Positions 21,711 to 36,626 are shown, numbered from the stretch's first letter. The stretch: 64,000 nt of DNA from Geosiphon pyriformis uo1 (GCA_016748015.1 JAAOMT010000776.1:62001-126000); one strand, 5' to 3'. Program-made: numbers and translations. The notes: a model not told the origin generated them from the sequence alone.

Positions 21711-24700
21711 CCAATAATCTAGTTGAAAACACTTTTTTCTAGACACAACTTCTAATAAATCTTCTAACCAAATTAATTACTATCTTTTCAATAGTGCAAC
21801 TATACTACAGTCTATTGGTATAATCAACAAAAAAAAACAATTAGATTTAAGTTCAATAAAACAATCTGTAATATTTTTGTTAATTTCTTCTTTATTAATA
21901 AATAAACTACTTTTTGTTACTCAAGTCATGACTTATAGAGATATTGTTAGACTGAAAAAATTCTTCAGTAAAAAAACAATATATACATATCAATTACAAA
22001 AGCTAAAAAAGTAATTAGTGCCAATAATTAGAACAAGACCAGAACAATTTAAGCTCTACTGTTTTTTTTTAATAGAAATTGCAAATTCATGATACCAAAA
22101 TCTTGAAAAAAAACCAAATGACTTTGCTATTTTCAAACTTATAATACTTTTGTAATTCCAATACACTTATTAGGCTACAAAACCAGTTCAGTATAATAAA
22201 ACAAAAAGATTACAAAGTAGTAATCACTTATCTTAAACAATTTAATCAAATTTTTTGCCAAATTTAGGCAATTGAAAAAGACTATTACATACTAGAGCAA
22301 GTTCTCAACCAATTTATCAGAAGACTAAGAAACAGTATTTTTTAATTCATTAAATCTTAATACCTTAATAACTTACAAGAGACCATAATACTTGTTTGTA
22401 ACTTTGAATTAGTAAAACAAGAAACCAATTATATCCAAGCTGTTAACTTAGCCATAAACAAAACATTAGATATTAATGCAAAGCTTATTTGATTAAGTAA
22501 AAAATTGACTCAAAAAATTGAAAGATTTTTAGCAGAAAATTCTAAAACTTATTAGCCATCACAATATAAAAACAACTCCAATAACTATAAAAAATAGTAG
22601 AATTGACAACAACAACAATTTTGGAAGTTAAATTCTCATAATTGCTATTATTGTTAAAAACCTAAACATATTGTAAAGGATTGCAGAAAAAAAATAGCTA
22701 GTTAAAACTAAAAATGTCAATATCAAAAATAACCAAAATATTTTTAAGCTATAGAATTCTAATATTTATTGTTATCATATCAACAATTACAGTATCCATC
22801 TCAACCATCTCCAACTTATTATCAATATTCATAAACAATAATACTAATGCCACCTTAGTATTAAGCACTATTCTATAACAACTCCAAATTTTGAATCATT
22901 AACTATAATTAGAAATGGCAAAACAATAGTAAAAATCAAATACAACTTATTAGCAGACTAACTCAACATATAAATTATAATAATTTACTATTATGAACAG
23001 TCCCAATAGGATATCCAAATCAAGCTTTATATTTTGGTTTGACAGAAACTCTGAATTTTAATAATACTAAATCTTTAAAAGAGAAAGATGTAGTAGAAAC
23101 TACCAATTTTTTCTCTTCTAATTGTAGTTAGATTATTAATATAATTCCTCTTACTACTATTATTGAAGACAATATACTAGTTATTATATTTCTATTTGAT
23201 ATTAACAGTCTAAATACTATTAATCTCTTTAATAGTACTCCTATTAATTAGGATAAACCAATTATAACAATATACACTAATGCTAAAGTAAAAGAGTTAG
23301 ATATTAAATTAATACTTAAAAGTAAATTTACAAGCAGCATAATTACAAAACAGCTTATGAATTAACTAGGTTACTAAATGGATTATACAACCACTGTTAA
23401 AATAATTACTGTGAATAGAAATACTAAAACACCAATAGAAAAAATCAACAATTTTGTTTTTAAAATCAGTGGTATTCAAATTTTAACAAAAATACTTGTT
23501 ATAAAAGCCACTTAATACTAAGTCTTAATTGGAAACAATTAGTTATTAAAAACCAATATTATACTAAACTAAAACACACAAAAATTTCAGATTATCTTTA
23601 ATGGACAATATGCTAAAATACTTGTTACATATGTACATTTTAGAATCCAGATTTCAAATCATTCATTAATTAAATTCGAAAAAATAGTACTACAACTAAC
23701 ATTAAAGATTTATCAAGTGTCTTGGATTAATAAGTTCAAAACAAAGCTACCACTACTCTCTACATGAAAAAAAGGAAAAAAAAAGATAATAAACTTTAAG
23801 ACATCACTTCTATAAAAGAACCAATAAATAGTTGGCTTATTTTATACTTAACACTAGTATTAAGGAAACACCTATCTTATATTTTATTTAAATACATAAA
23901 TTATAACAAAAAGCTTATATATTATCCAAAGAGAAATATAAAATACACATCTGTTATTACTGCAAAATCTGTTACTAAAAACAATTTAAATAACCCAAAT
24001 AACAAGGAAAATAAGACAACAAATCTTGTTTTACATGTAAACAAACTTTTTTTAACAAAAAAATATAGAATAATATTCTTGGACAAGATAAAATATGTAA
24101 CAAATTATGTCAATATACCATTTTTATTAGTGACTGGATAAACAAAAAAATGTTCATAAACACCATATAGTAAAAAGCTCTTTCATGATTGAATAGTTAT
24201 CTATATAACAAAAATAAAATTTAAAGGATGACAAATGCTAAAATCAAAAATACAATACCAAATAAAATTTTAGAAATAAAAAGCAACCCACCAAAGTCTG
24301 TTAAGATGTACTATATTTCCAATCTCAATATTATTAACTCTAGTATGAATAATTCAGAACAATTTTATAAATATTATTAAAATCTTATCTTTATTTAAAA
24401 AAAATAAAAACAAATATTAATTAACCTTAATAAAAAGCTATATGATTATTGTCTGATTCTTTGTTACTTCTAATATTGTGATGAGTGTAATCTATTAATT
24501 AATTTATTTTCAAAAACACTATATCTTATTTCAAAATTAACAAAACCTGAAAAAAATACAAATTTGTAACTAAAAATATGTTATTTCAAAAGCTAAATAG
24601 AACTATTAAAATAAAACAGTATTTTGTTTATTTTAACCTCTTCAAGAAGTTGAAATTAAAATAATATAATAATAATAACAAAGAAATATGCTCTGAAAAA

Positions 24701-25002
24701 GCACATACAAATAATGCTGAATTCAATTTAAAAATAAATTTCAAAATAACTTTAAAAATTCTTATTAGTATTATGATTTAAATTGTATTCTGGTTTAGTC
24801 TCACAAAAAAAGAAATTAACATAAAAAAAAAAATTATTGATACAGAATATACAAAAAACATTATTGTAATATTATAAAACAATTTCAATAAATTCTATAT
24901 AATTAAATTATAAAAAAAGATTGTTCAAGTTATTTTTTAGTTCTTTATAAAAATACTGTAATTAACTTTAATTATTATATGTAAAGAATTAAGGCTTATT
25001 GT
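21711..25002 (+). pseudogene. Element D gag (C-terminal part), protease, Cys-rich domain and dUTPase (interrupted by E)
   Basis: Knuckle CYYC*KPKHIVKDC at 22643-22684; protease-like segment about 23270-23620; dUTPase-like segment about 24690-25002 (AHTNNADIQ; IIDTEYTKNI; KIVQVIF). Confidence 0.8.
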
Positions 25003-25835
25003 TGTTACAGATGATTATTTAGAATGTTAATGCAAATAATAAACCAGTAAATTGGTGCTTAATAGCTTAATAATATTAGTAATATCTGAAAATTTTCGTA
25101 ATTTGAAGATTTTGGTTGAGTCTTTTGTATAATAGACAGAGATTCAATTGCTGTTTTAATACTCTTCTGGAAGCTTATTCTGTGAATTTTTTTCTCAGTT
25201 TGATGACTGATTTCTTTTAGTAAGCTATCCTCAATTTTCGAGTTTCTATTTTTGTTTTTTGGATTTTTTACCAGTTTTTTTTGACATTAATAACTCTGCA
25301 TATTAATCCTTTAATCAATTAGTAAACAACAAACAAAATAAAAAAAAATAAAAAAAATAAAAAATTAGTATTCCATCAATAACTGTGATCAAGAGCTATT
25401 GGTTTAATATGGTTAAGTGTTAGATTCTATTAACATAAAGTGTTAATAAAATAGAAGTGATTAATATTTTTTTATTAAATAACAATAACATGAATTCAAA
25501 TTATAATTAATATTTTATTAATATGTAATTTGATTACACTTTAAATTGTAGAAAACTACTTTTGAAGAAAAAAATATTAGATAATTAATTGATTGTTAAT
25601 ATTAATTCTGAGATAAATTCTGTCTTTTTTGTTTTTAATATTCTTACTATATATACATAATTAATATTATACAAGATTTTTTTAATTTTTTTAATTTCTC
25701 TAGTCAGGAATTTTGAAATTCTTAAAATCTTGTAATTCTTCAAGAGAAATTCTGAAATTCTTCTTTTTATTATGTCTATTTTTAATTGGTTACTTTATCT
25801 CCTTATTAAAAATTCTTAAATTTTTATGAGTAATA
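25003..25835 (-). repeat. 3' LTR of element E
   Basis: Aligns to 34027-34680 and 41419-41615. Confidence 0.92.
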
Positions 25836-25941
25836 ATATTTTTTTTTTTAATATTAAGTTTTATTAAAATTTCTTAAATTTTTATGAGTAATAATATTTT
25901 TTTTTTTAATATTAAGTTTTATTAAAATTTCTTAAATTTTT
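25803..25941. repeat. 58-bp tandem duplication spanning the E LTR end and PPT
   Basis: Near-identical units start at 25803 and 25861; a partial unit starts at 25919. Confidence 0.9.
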
Positions 25942-26569
25942 TAATTTCTCTTCTTAAATTAACTTCTTGACTTCTTTTTCGAGAATTATTTGGAAAATTT
26001 TGATTTGTAATTTTTTGAATTAAACATTGATAATCTTTCTTAATTGATTAATAATTAGTGTGTTTATTATTAAATAAAGTAGTATTTCTGGTTAGTCTTG
26101 GAATCCTGTTTATAATTGATATATGACTTGTGCTTATGTAAATAAGTTGTTCTTTCCCACAAATTGTTCAAGTTGGTGCAATATTGTTATATCAAACAAT
26201 TGTTTTGTGTTGTTAGTATACAAGTTCTGAATATTGAGATTTTGTTCCAAATAGTAATAGCAAAAGTTTCTTGAAAATTGTTGTGTCTACTATTTTCAGT
26301 TTTTTTCTGTTAATTCCTTATATAATGTTGTTGTTCTTGGTGTTTTTACTGATAATTTTATTTTTGCTAGTATATTATTTACTATGTTTTTCAATTTTTT
26401 GTGTTTTTTGTATTAGTATTTTGGCTTTTTTTTTAATTTTTGTATTAAATAGTTTGTTAATTGATTGTAATTCCATGTTTAGTTGTTAGTATTGAATTAG
26501 TTGAAACATTTGTTGTGTGAATAAGTAAATGTTATCAAAATTTCCATTTTTCTGTTTTATTTTTGTCAT
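25906..26569 (-). pseudogene. Element E ORF3 (unknown protein)
   Basis: Reads ..NIYLFTQQMFQL...LHQLEQFVGKNNL..VIYQL..INQLRKIINV; homologous to ORF3 of B and D. Confidence 0.7.
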
Positions 26570-26602
26570 ATGTGTTAGTTTTTTATATACTTTTCTGTTA
26601 TC

Positions 26603-29600
26603 TCAATTTGACATATTTGTGTTAATAATTATAATTGGTTCTAGATCTTATGAAATCTTATCTGGTTGAACTAGTATTTGTTGTACTTTTAGTTGTAAAA
26701 TATTACTGGTAAATGATAATGCTATATTGTAATATGGTTTTAGTCAATTTCTATATATTGTTTTAGTTAAGATTTTGTTGTCTTATCTTAGTTTATAAGC
26801 TCTATTTCTTAGGATTTTTTTGATATAAAATAGTTTGTCCTATTTGGTATTAAATTTTCTACTTCATTGTTTTTTTATTTTGGTACAATATAAGAATACT
26901 TTGTCTTTAATCCTAAATTTGACTGGTTTATTTAGTAATTGGTTGTTATGTCATTTTTTTGTTTTGCTTATGACTTTTGAATATTATCAACTGCTTTTTG
27001 CCTTTTGTTTTCTAATGTTTTTATTAAGTTATATGTTCTTTTTAGCAATGTTCTTTGGAAATTGGCTTCTGTTATTGGTTTTATTAGATATATATTAATA
27101 TTTATCTCCACTAATAATGTTACTGTTCTATTATAAACAAGTTTAAATAGTATTGCCTATGTTGTATCTTGCTTTATTGTCTAATAAGCAAATAATACTG
27201 ATGGTATAAACACATTTTATTCATTTTGGTTTTTTTGGATAATCTTGGCTATTGTTTTACACAATGTTTTGTTGAATCTTTTGACTAAGCTATTTGTTTG
27301 TGAATGATATAATAATAATAATGGTTTCTTAATTTCAAATCTTTGACTTAATTCTGTTAATGTTTTGTTTACAAAATAAGTTCCCTGGTCTGATAATAAT
27401 TCTTTTAAACATTTGTGTCAACAAATCAAATCTTGATAAACAAATTCAGCTACGAATTCTGTATCTGTTTTTTGAATTGCTTTTGCTTCTGGCTATTTTG
27501 TGAAATAGTTCATGGCTACTGCTATATAATGATTGCTTCTGCTGGTTATTGTTAATGGTCCAACTAAGTTAATTCTAATTTAATTAAATAGTTGTTCTAT
27601 TTTAATTGGTCTTAGCAGTTTACTGGGTCTTGTTTTTCCTTTTTTTTAACAAGCATTACAATTTTGAACATATTAAATAATATCTGAATACATAGATAGC
27701 CAATAGTATCTTTTTCTGGTTTTTTTTATAGTTGCTTTTTTATGAAAATGTTCTGCTGTTAAATCTGAATGTATATTAAATAGTATTGTTCTTTTTCTGG
27801 TTTTGTGATTACTTTGAGTGTCTAATCTGAGTATTTTCTGTTTTTTTGGTATAATATATCTTAATAAGTAATAAAATATTTTACTTGTTATTTTATGTTG
27901 TTTTGTTTCTTTTGAGATAATTTCTCTTTGAACTGTTGAGTATTAATATAATATTGGAGTTGTTAATATTTTTGTGTGCTCATTTTTGTTATATTTTTGG
28001 GTTGAAATGTTTTTAAATTTGTTTTATTCATGACAAACTATCAGCATTTCTTTTTCTTTTTTTTTTTTATAATATATGATATAATTAAATGGTAATAATT
28101 CTATTTTTCATTTTGCATGATAATTGTTTTCAAATTATTATTTCTAGATTGATGTTAATTCTTTGTAATTAATATACACATCAAACTTTTGGCTCAAGTA
28201 TTTTTTCTATTTGATAACAGTTCAATAAATAGCTAAGTGTTCTAATACTGAAGTTTTATAGTTTTTTTTGGCTAGACTTAAACTTCTGTTAGCATATGCT
28301 ATTAAATGTTCTTATTTATCTATTTTTTTTGTAATAATACAGCTCCTAATACTTGACTAAATACATTAATAGTGATAATAAATGGCTTGTTATGATCTGA
28401 ATAGATCAGTATTAGTGCTTGAATGAACTTTTTTTTTAAGATGTTAAAAGCTTTTTGTTGGGTTTTGGTCTATTTATATTTTATATTTTTTGCTTGGAGC
28501 TGGTAAAGTAATTGAGCCAGTTTGGAGAAGTTTTGAATGAAGTGGCAATAGTATTGAACAAATTCCAAAAATGGTTTTAATTCCATAAAATTTGTTGGTA
28601 CTGAAAAGTTCTTGACTATCTTAATCTTATCTGGATCTGTTTTTATGATCTTTGCTTACAACATGTTCCAAAAACTTAAGTTTAATTTTTCTAAAGAAGC
28701 ATTTAGTTGTATTTAATTTCAATTTGGCTTTTTTTAACCTTTTAAACACTTGTTAAAGATAATAGAAATGATTATTAAATGTTTTGGAAAACATATTAAT
28801 ATTATTCAAGTAAACTACTACTGATTTTCATAATAATTTAGTGTATACAATTTTCATAAGTTGTTGAAAGATGGCTGAAGTATTGTTTAAGCCAAATGAC
28901 ATAACATTAAATTTAAAGTTCCTTTTTTTGGTTGTAAATGCTGTTTTCTCTTTATTAGCTGGATTTATGACTACTTGTCAGCAACCACTATCTAAGTTCA
29001 ATGTTAAAAACCATTTTTTTTCTCCAAAAGCATTGAATAATTTCTGAATTTATAGAATTAGATCATTGTCTTCACAAGTGACACTATTGAGTTTTTTATA
29101 ATCTACACAAAAGTAAATTTTTCTATTCTTCTTATGGATGAATACCATTGGTAATAACTATGAATTCATTGATAATTGAATTAACTTATTGTTTAACATT
29201 CTGTTAATTTTTTGTTAGATGATTTCATGGCTAGCTAGTAATATTCTGTATGCTCTTTGTTTAATTGGTATTGTATCTTTAGTTTTGATTTTGTATTGGA
29301 TGATGTCAGTTTTGCCAAATTCATTTTCACTGGCAAAGATATTAGTGAAGTTGCTAAGTAGTATTTTGAGTTGCATCTGTTAAAGTAAGTCTAGATTTCC
29401 TAAGTTCATTTGTTTCAATTGTTTTAATTACAACAAATAATATTTTTTTTGTCTATATATGATTTATAATATAATATCTACATATTCACAAAGCTATAGA
29501 AAGTCTAGAATAGTAGTGGATGCTTTGATTCTCAACTTCAATGCTTAAGTATCTAATAGTAGTTCTATTTAGTATTATTATAAAGTTTCTAGTTGTATTG

Positions 29601-32600
29601 TATATTGGGATCTTAATGTATTTATTGTTCTTAGTGAATATATAAAAATTGGTAATAGTAATCTCTTTTAATTCATAAATGTTTGTTTTAGCTTTAAAAA
29701 TTTGGGGTTGGTTTTTTACTTTTCTTTTTATAACTAATATGTATTGGTTATATAGTAAAATAAAAATTGATTGATAAATAAAGATAATTTTTTTTTATTA
29801 ATGGTTTTTTTTTCTGTTATATTAACTAGTACATTTATTTTATCAGTTGATTCAAATCTTTTAATCTCTCTTGTTGTAATCTCTAACTTTTTTCTTGTTT
29901 CTATTGATACTAACTGAGCTATTTTAACCAGAAACAGGAATATTATTTGTGCTATTTTTTCATTTAATTCAATTATGTATTTTTTTCTGAATTATTTTGT
30001 AGCATTGCAATAATATTTTCTACATATTTTGCATTAATTATTTCTCTTCTGATATTAATCTCTTTTTTTGCTAAACTAAATTTAGAGGCTAATTGGATTA
30101 TTGTTGTTGCTAGAATTTTCAGTGCTATTTTCAAATCTATATTGATACACAAATAGGGTTCTAATTTGATGACAGTTTTTTCTAAGTATCTAAGATCAAA
30201 TCCTGCATCAGTATTATGCATGTGCTCTGGCATAATACTTTCATTATTATTGTTGAACCATTTTAGTTCCTGTTCTATTGACAGATCTGGAAACATGATA
30301 TATTGTTTGGAATTGTAATTAGAGTTTGAATTATTATTATTGTTGTCATAGTAAATAGAATTGGAACTATTGTTATTATTATTGTCAAAGTTTGAATCAT
30401 AATTGATTTTTGATTTTGATTTTGATGTACATTTACTAATTGGTTTTTTTTTAAAGATTAAATAGATTATGTGTAGTAGTAGATTGTAGATAAGATCACA
30501 ATTATCACAATATTCGAAGTCACTAAGAATTAGGCAATGTTTGCATAGTCTTGTATTTAATTATTTTAGCTTTTGTTTTTGCACTTTTCTAGTTGATGTT
30601 AGGTCTTGATAGTACTCATAAAATTGTTTTGGATTATCTATAGCATTGTCGAAAATGTCAAAAATTAGGACAAATTTGGGTTTAAGAAGTGTTAGTGAAT
30701 TATTTTTGATTTCTAGTATTTCTCTGGGTAAAACACTTTCAACTTTGGCACTTGCTATTTTTTAGATCTTATGTTTGTTGTATAGATAACTTTCCAAACA
30801 TATAAGTGTTTATTTCTAGATAATATTAATTGAAATTCTTTTTCATATCCAGTCATTGATTAAAATTATATATTAACATGCTTTATCACATGTTTTTCTT
30901 TGTCCAGGAATGTTATTTCACATTTCTTTATTAGAAAAAATTATTCCACACATGAAACAAAACTTATTGTCTCATTTTATTTGTTATTTGGGTCATCTAA
31001 AGTGTTTAAGAATACATGAACAATAATAATACTTGGTTGTTGTTGATTATTTTTTGTCATTGTTACAACATATGCTTATTGTTGACAATTTTTTGTTATA
31101 ATTAACACATATTAATTTGGGTCAATGATAATTTGGTTGTCTTGGTAATGAGATATTATACAGAGTATATATTGAGGTGATGGTTTGAAATTGTTCTTCT
31201 TTTTTTTCTTCTTTTTTTTCTTTTCTTTTCAGATCAGGATTGGTAGTAATTTGTTGTGATATTTATCAGCCCATAAAACTTGATAAGTTTTCCAGATAGG
31301 TTTTTTTTTTTTTTCTTCAAATTTTATTAGTAGATGCATGAAGTTTGATTTAAAATGGCTGCAAGTAATAAGTACTTGAGTTTGCAAACTATTTTAATTG
31401 AGCTGTAGCTCCTGAGTGTTTTAGTTAAGTATAGTGTTAATTTTGGACAACCAGTTATTATTAATAAGAGCTTGGTACTATATAAGTTCTATTATGAAAA
31501 CCTTGATAAATGTTGTGATACTGTTAACTTCAAATAGAAAGTTATCAATTTTGCCAATAGAAGGTTTTGTTACTTCATTGGCTGTAATTATTTTGGTGTT
31601 GGCAACATGATTAACTTGGCAACTTAATTGGTCTATAAGTTGTTGTGTAATAATACTGTTTGCTAAACCACTATCAAAAATTAGTTTAATATGGTAATCA
31701 TCAACTTTAAAATCTGTATACATAATAATAATAAGTTTGGTGTTAAAAATGACTTTACTGAATAATGAAATTTTGACTTAAATTTCCAGTTCAAAGAAAA
31801 ATATGGCTACAAGTGATTTGTTTTTTGTAATAGTTGTTAGTGAAATGTTGTTGGTGAATGATTGTTGGTTGGTTTTCAAATTGTTGAATGGATTGTTTTC
31901 TGGAATAACCAAGAGACTTAAATAGTTTTGTAAATTCAGATTTTGAATATATCTACTTTCCAAATTTATAAGACATAATCTTGATAGTTGGTTTAATAAA
32001 CTGTGAATCAGTTGGTGTATAACTATTACCAATCTCCAATTTTGTTGAGTGTGAATACTCTTTGGTCTTTGGTTTTCAGTTGGTACTGTATTTTGGGATG
32101 GTGTTAAAATTTGTTGGAGTTAATAGATTATTTGTGACTATAAAGCTTAATAAATTACTGATGTTGGAGTTTGATAGATTGGAGGTAATATATATTGGTT
32201 GTTGCATTATTGATACATAAAATAATAAATATTGTTCTAATAACAAAGTATTGACATAGTTTGGAGTTTGAAACCTGCAATCAGAATTTTAATATTAATT
32301 TCTTGATTATTATTTTTTCTTAAGTGACAATCTATTTTTAAATGGTCTTGCTTATTATAGTAGTAACAATTATGTATTTTCTGTTGTCATGATTGATTTG
32401 ATAATGATAATGAACGTGACTGTTGTTAAAAATGGTTGGAATTTTCTGAATTTTTACAATATTGTAAAGGTTAATAAATTGTCTGATTGTTAATTAAGTA
32501 CTCTTCTAACTTTTAATTGATTGAATTACTGAATTGTTTTAATTTGGTATCTAATTCAGATAATTTGTTTATTATAAAATTTATGGCTTAAGTGTGATTG

Positions 32601-33990
32601 GTTTTAAGCTCAGCTGATTTAAAATCTCTGGTGTAGATAACTGTGTCTTAAAGAGTACTTGGATGTATTGGATGTACTTATTGCAAGAGTCTACTGTATA
32701 ATTTATAAATAAATTAATTCAAGATTTGTGATGCTATAAAATAGTCAACTTTAATTATCTGAATTTGGCATAAATTTTGATAGAAATGTTTCAAGTATGT
32801 GGTAACTGTTTCTGTGTTCTCTTATTTAATTGTAGTAAAACTAGTTAACAGATAGTTAATGCTATTATTATTACTAAAATATTGCAAAAATACAGTTTTG
32901 AATATAATAAAATCTTGTGGTTTGTTTATAAGATTTTGATACCATAAGTTAGTAATATTCTACAAAAAATATGGGATAACTTGGAGTGCTCTGACATTGT
33001 TCTATTTGTTGGCTGTGATGGCTTTTTCATATTGTTGAATTATGCTTGGACATTGTCTTTTTTACCAATAAACTTTTTAAATTTAATAATTGGTATATAT
33101 ACTATTTGTATAAAATGTTGTTGTTGTTGTAATTGTTATAATATGGTAATTGGTACAATCAGTGATTAATTGATTGGATTTATTGAAAGTAAATTTTATG
33201 GAATAATAAGAGCTGAGTTTAAATTGTTTGGGTTTTGCTGAATTAAAACAATCAGAGTTTGAATTTCTAGATTTTCTAAGATCAGATTTTGATTATAAAT
33301 TTCCTGATTATTGTTTTTTTTTCTTCCAAATTGGTTCTTTTTTAAGAACTGAAATCTGGTTGGAATGGTGGTAATTAAAGTTCTGATGAGATTGTTAATT
33401 ATAATTTATATTCTTTAAAGAAATTGTCATAACTTTCAAATAATTTGGCTTTTTTTTAATTGTTTTAAAACAGTATTCTAGATAATGGTGTTTTTGATAT
33501 GACCATGATTAATATTATTTGGATGGTACTTTCTGGTGTATAATTGTATAATAAGTAAATAGATAAAACTACTTTTGGTTTTTTTTATATAAGTGGTTGT
33601 ATTTTTTTTGGAGTTTCTGTTGATGTTTGTAATTTTTCTTTTTTGTTGTCTGTAAAGGTAATAGGAAATTTTTGTAAGATGTGCTTCTCAATTTCTTTGT
33701 TGATTTCTGTGATTATTAGTACAAACAAATAATTTTGTAAAAGCATGGTGTTTTGAAGTAATTCACTATAGAAATTGTTAAGTGCTGTTTCCGGATTTTT
33801 TTAGTTTTTTAAGTAAAATTTAATCTTTTTATTAACATAAAAATTGAAAGCTAATTCTGCTGGCCAATAGTTATTTGTTAGTTCAAGGTAAATTTGGTAA
33901 TGTTGAAATAAAGCTTTTATAAATTTCAAGTGGTTTGTTTTTATTTCTTCTGATTTTGTCACTGTTTCAGATAATTGTTGTTGATGCTGA
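26603..33990 (-). pseudogene. Element E gag-pol (gag, PR, Cys-rich domain, dUTPase, RT, RH, IN)
   Basis: ORFs 33801-34025 (gag), 31478-31723 (KLIFDSGLANSII) and 29973-30296 (dUTPase). VVYLNN near 28801. Colinear with B. Confidence 0.92.
29830..30225 (-). pseudogene. dut: Element E dUTPase domain
   Basis: HNTDAGFDLRY, LASKFSLAKK, IINAKYVENII, KIAQIIF. Confidence 0.9.
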
Positions 33991-34007
33991 TTTTTTGCTG
34001 GATTATA

Positions 34008-34024
34008 TTTCACAAGAAGCACCA
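34008..34024 (-). promoter_or_regulatory. PBS of E (TGGTGCTTCTTGTGAAA)
   Basis: Lies 2 nt inside the 5' LTR end. Confidence 0.85.
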
Positions 34025-34026
34025 AA

Positions 34027-34680
34027 TGTTACAGGTAATTATTTGGGATGTTGATACAAATAACAAATCTATAACTTAGTACTTAATAGCTTAATAATAT
34101 CAGTAATATTTAAAAATTTTCATGATTTGAAGGTTTTAGTTGAGTTTTTTGTATAATAAACAGAAATTTAATTGCTGTTTTAGTATCCTTTCAGAAGTTT
34201 ATTTCATAAATTTTTTTCTCAGCTTGATGACTGGTTCTTTTTAATAAGCTATCCTTAATTTTCAAGTTTCTACTCTTGTTTTCTGAGTTTTTTACCAGTC
34301 TTTTTTGATGTTAATAATGTTATACATAAATTTTTTAATCAATTAGTAAACAACAAATGAAATAAAAGAAAATAAAAAAAATAAAAAAAAATAAAAAAAA
34401 ATAAGAAATTAGTATCTTGTTAATAATTATAATCAAGAGTTATTGGTCTAGTGTAGTTAAGTATTGAATTTTATCAACATAAGACATTGATAAAGTGGAA
34501 GTAGTTAATATTCCTTAATTAAATAACAATAACATAGATTCAAATAATAATTGATATTTTATTAATATGTGATTTAATTCCATTTTAAGTTGTACTTTTG
34601 AAGAGAAAATATTAGATAATTAATTGATTGTTGTTATTAATTCTAAAATGAATTCTGTTTTTTTTGCTTCTAATACTCTT
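34027..34680 (-). repeat. 5' LTR of E, first part (continues at 41419-41615)
   Basis: Aligns to 25003-25645. Confidence 0.92.
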
Positions 34681-34826
34681 AAAAAAAAACTTCTTTCTCT
34701 CTTTTGTTCTAAATTCCCAAAAAAAAGTCAAAGTTTTTTGAAAAAAGTTTTTTTACAATTCAGTATAATAAATTCAAATCCTTTATTCTTGATTATAAGA
34801 CCACTGTTGGCTGTAGTATTGCTGTT

Positions 34827-36626
34827 ATGAAGAAGGCTGCTAAAGTTTCTGGTTCTAATAATGGCTTTAGACCTGTTCTTCCAAGGAAAAAGAGGAGAAG
34901 TGGTGTTTTAGAAAATGGTTCTGGTGGTAAAAATGTTGGTTTTAAGGTTCAAAATAGTCGCTCATAGAGTTCAGAAACTGGTAATACCACTAAGTCTAAT
35001 AGTATTGATATAGAGAAAAAATGTTTGATAGAAGAAACCAGTTTTGATTATGGTGAAAGTGGTGCTCTTGCTAAAGAAAATTCTAATCAGACACCTATTG
35101 GTTCAAAGATTAAAACCAAAAAAGCATTAGGCAAGCCATTAGGTAAGATAAATTTTTCATCTAGTGATGTTGATAATAATGTTCTCTTGGATGCTCCATT
35201 GGAACTCCCCTTACCTTTCAAAAATCTGGTCAATGTTTCTGTTTGCAAATCTTTTGCTTTGGATATTGGGTTGAACAAGGTGGTTGGGAAATTTTCTCAA
35301 GAAAAACTACAAGTAGTCAGGAGGTTATTTTCAAAAATTAATGGTTTTGGGAGGGCCTTTATTTCTTCAAAATTTGCTGGAATCATCAGAGCATTATTTA
35401 CTTCCAAATCAAGCTTGGTACAGACTTCTAAAAAGGCCAAAGAAGCAAAAATTCTGGTAAATACTGATCTCAAAAAGTCTTTTGGATGCTCAGATTGGAC
35501 TGTGGTAGTAAAAAAAATTCCTGTTGAAACTTTGGTTGAGACTGTGCATGCTGTGCTATCCAAGTTTGGAATAATTAAGTCGATCAAAATGCAATTGGTG
35601 GGACTGTGTCAGAAAGCAGTAGTTGAATTTGAATGGGTTGATCATGCTAATTTGGTTGCAGCAAAATGGTCTATCCTAATTGGGAAAAATGCAATGCATG
35701 TTGCTAGATTTGATATGGACAAAGAAACCTGGGACAAAAGAAATATTCACAGGGCTTTTTTGTACACTCTATTAATGGAAACCAATATACATAATATTTG
35801 GAATTATGTCAATTTAGTGGGTGAGAAAACATGCACAATTAATCATCATCCTGTTATCTATGCTCAGGCCAGATATACCATTGTTTGTTTTGAATTAGCT
35901 GAATCTTTGGATGCCATCATGAACATTACTCCAGTTTTAAGAGGTGTAAACTTGTATTGGTTTCGATTGGGTTTTTCTAAATATGCTGGGTGTGGGAAAA
36001 TGGGTTATATATCATTGAGTTGTTCTGTGGGTGAAAATTTCTCTCCTGGAAAATCTTCTCATAGGGCACTTTCAGATGTGGATAAAAACAGATTGGCAGC
36101 CATTTATGTCAAGCATTTGGCTCCTGTTACTTGTCCTGTTGCTTTTGGTGGAGTTTTTTGGGTAAAGATTGCTGGTAGATCTTCATTTCCTCTTCTATTG
36201 GTGCATAATGTTTTGGTTAATCCTGGCTCTTTTTCGGAGATGAAGCCTATCTTATCTGTTGCAGTTGATATTGAAAAAAGGTTTGCTGTTTTGGAAAACA
36301 GTCTTACCAGTTTTGTGGGACAGATTAGTAAGTTGACTAAGAGGTTGGATTCATTTGTGCTGGCAGTTTCCTAGTCTAGCCCTAGATGTCAGCTACTGGT
36401 GACTTCCTCATTACAGAATCAGATGGGTAATATAGTAATGGGAGAGGGCTCAAGTATGGCCACTAGTGGTAAGGCTGCTGTATTTCTGAAATCATTTTTT
36501 TCTCCAAATATGATCAAATTTGAAAATATATTAGAGAGTCTTTCTACCTCAGTTTTGAGTTTGTCAGCTCATCTTGATAGTTTGGTTCTGGCTGGTAGTA
36601 TGCACCTCCAATCTCCTTCCCAATGA
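34827..36626 (+). pseudogene. LINE copy 1 ORF1 (RRM-like region, decayed CCHC knuckle, coiled-coil C-terminus)
   Basis: ORFs 35025-36374 and 36399-36626 are in frame with the ATG at 34827; few in-frame stops. Confidence 0.85.
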
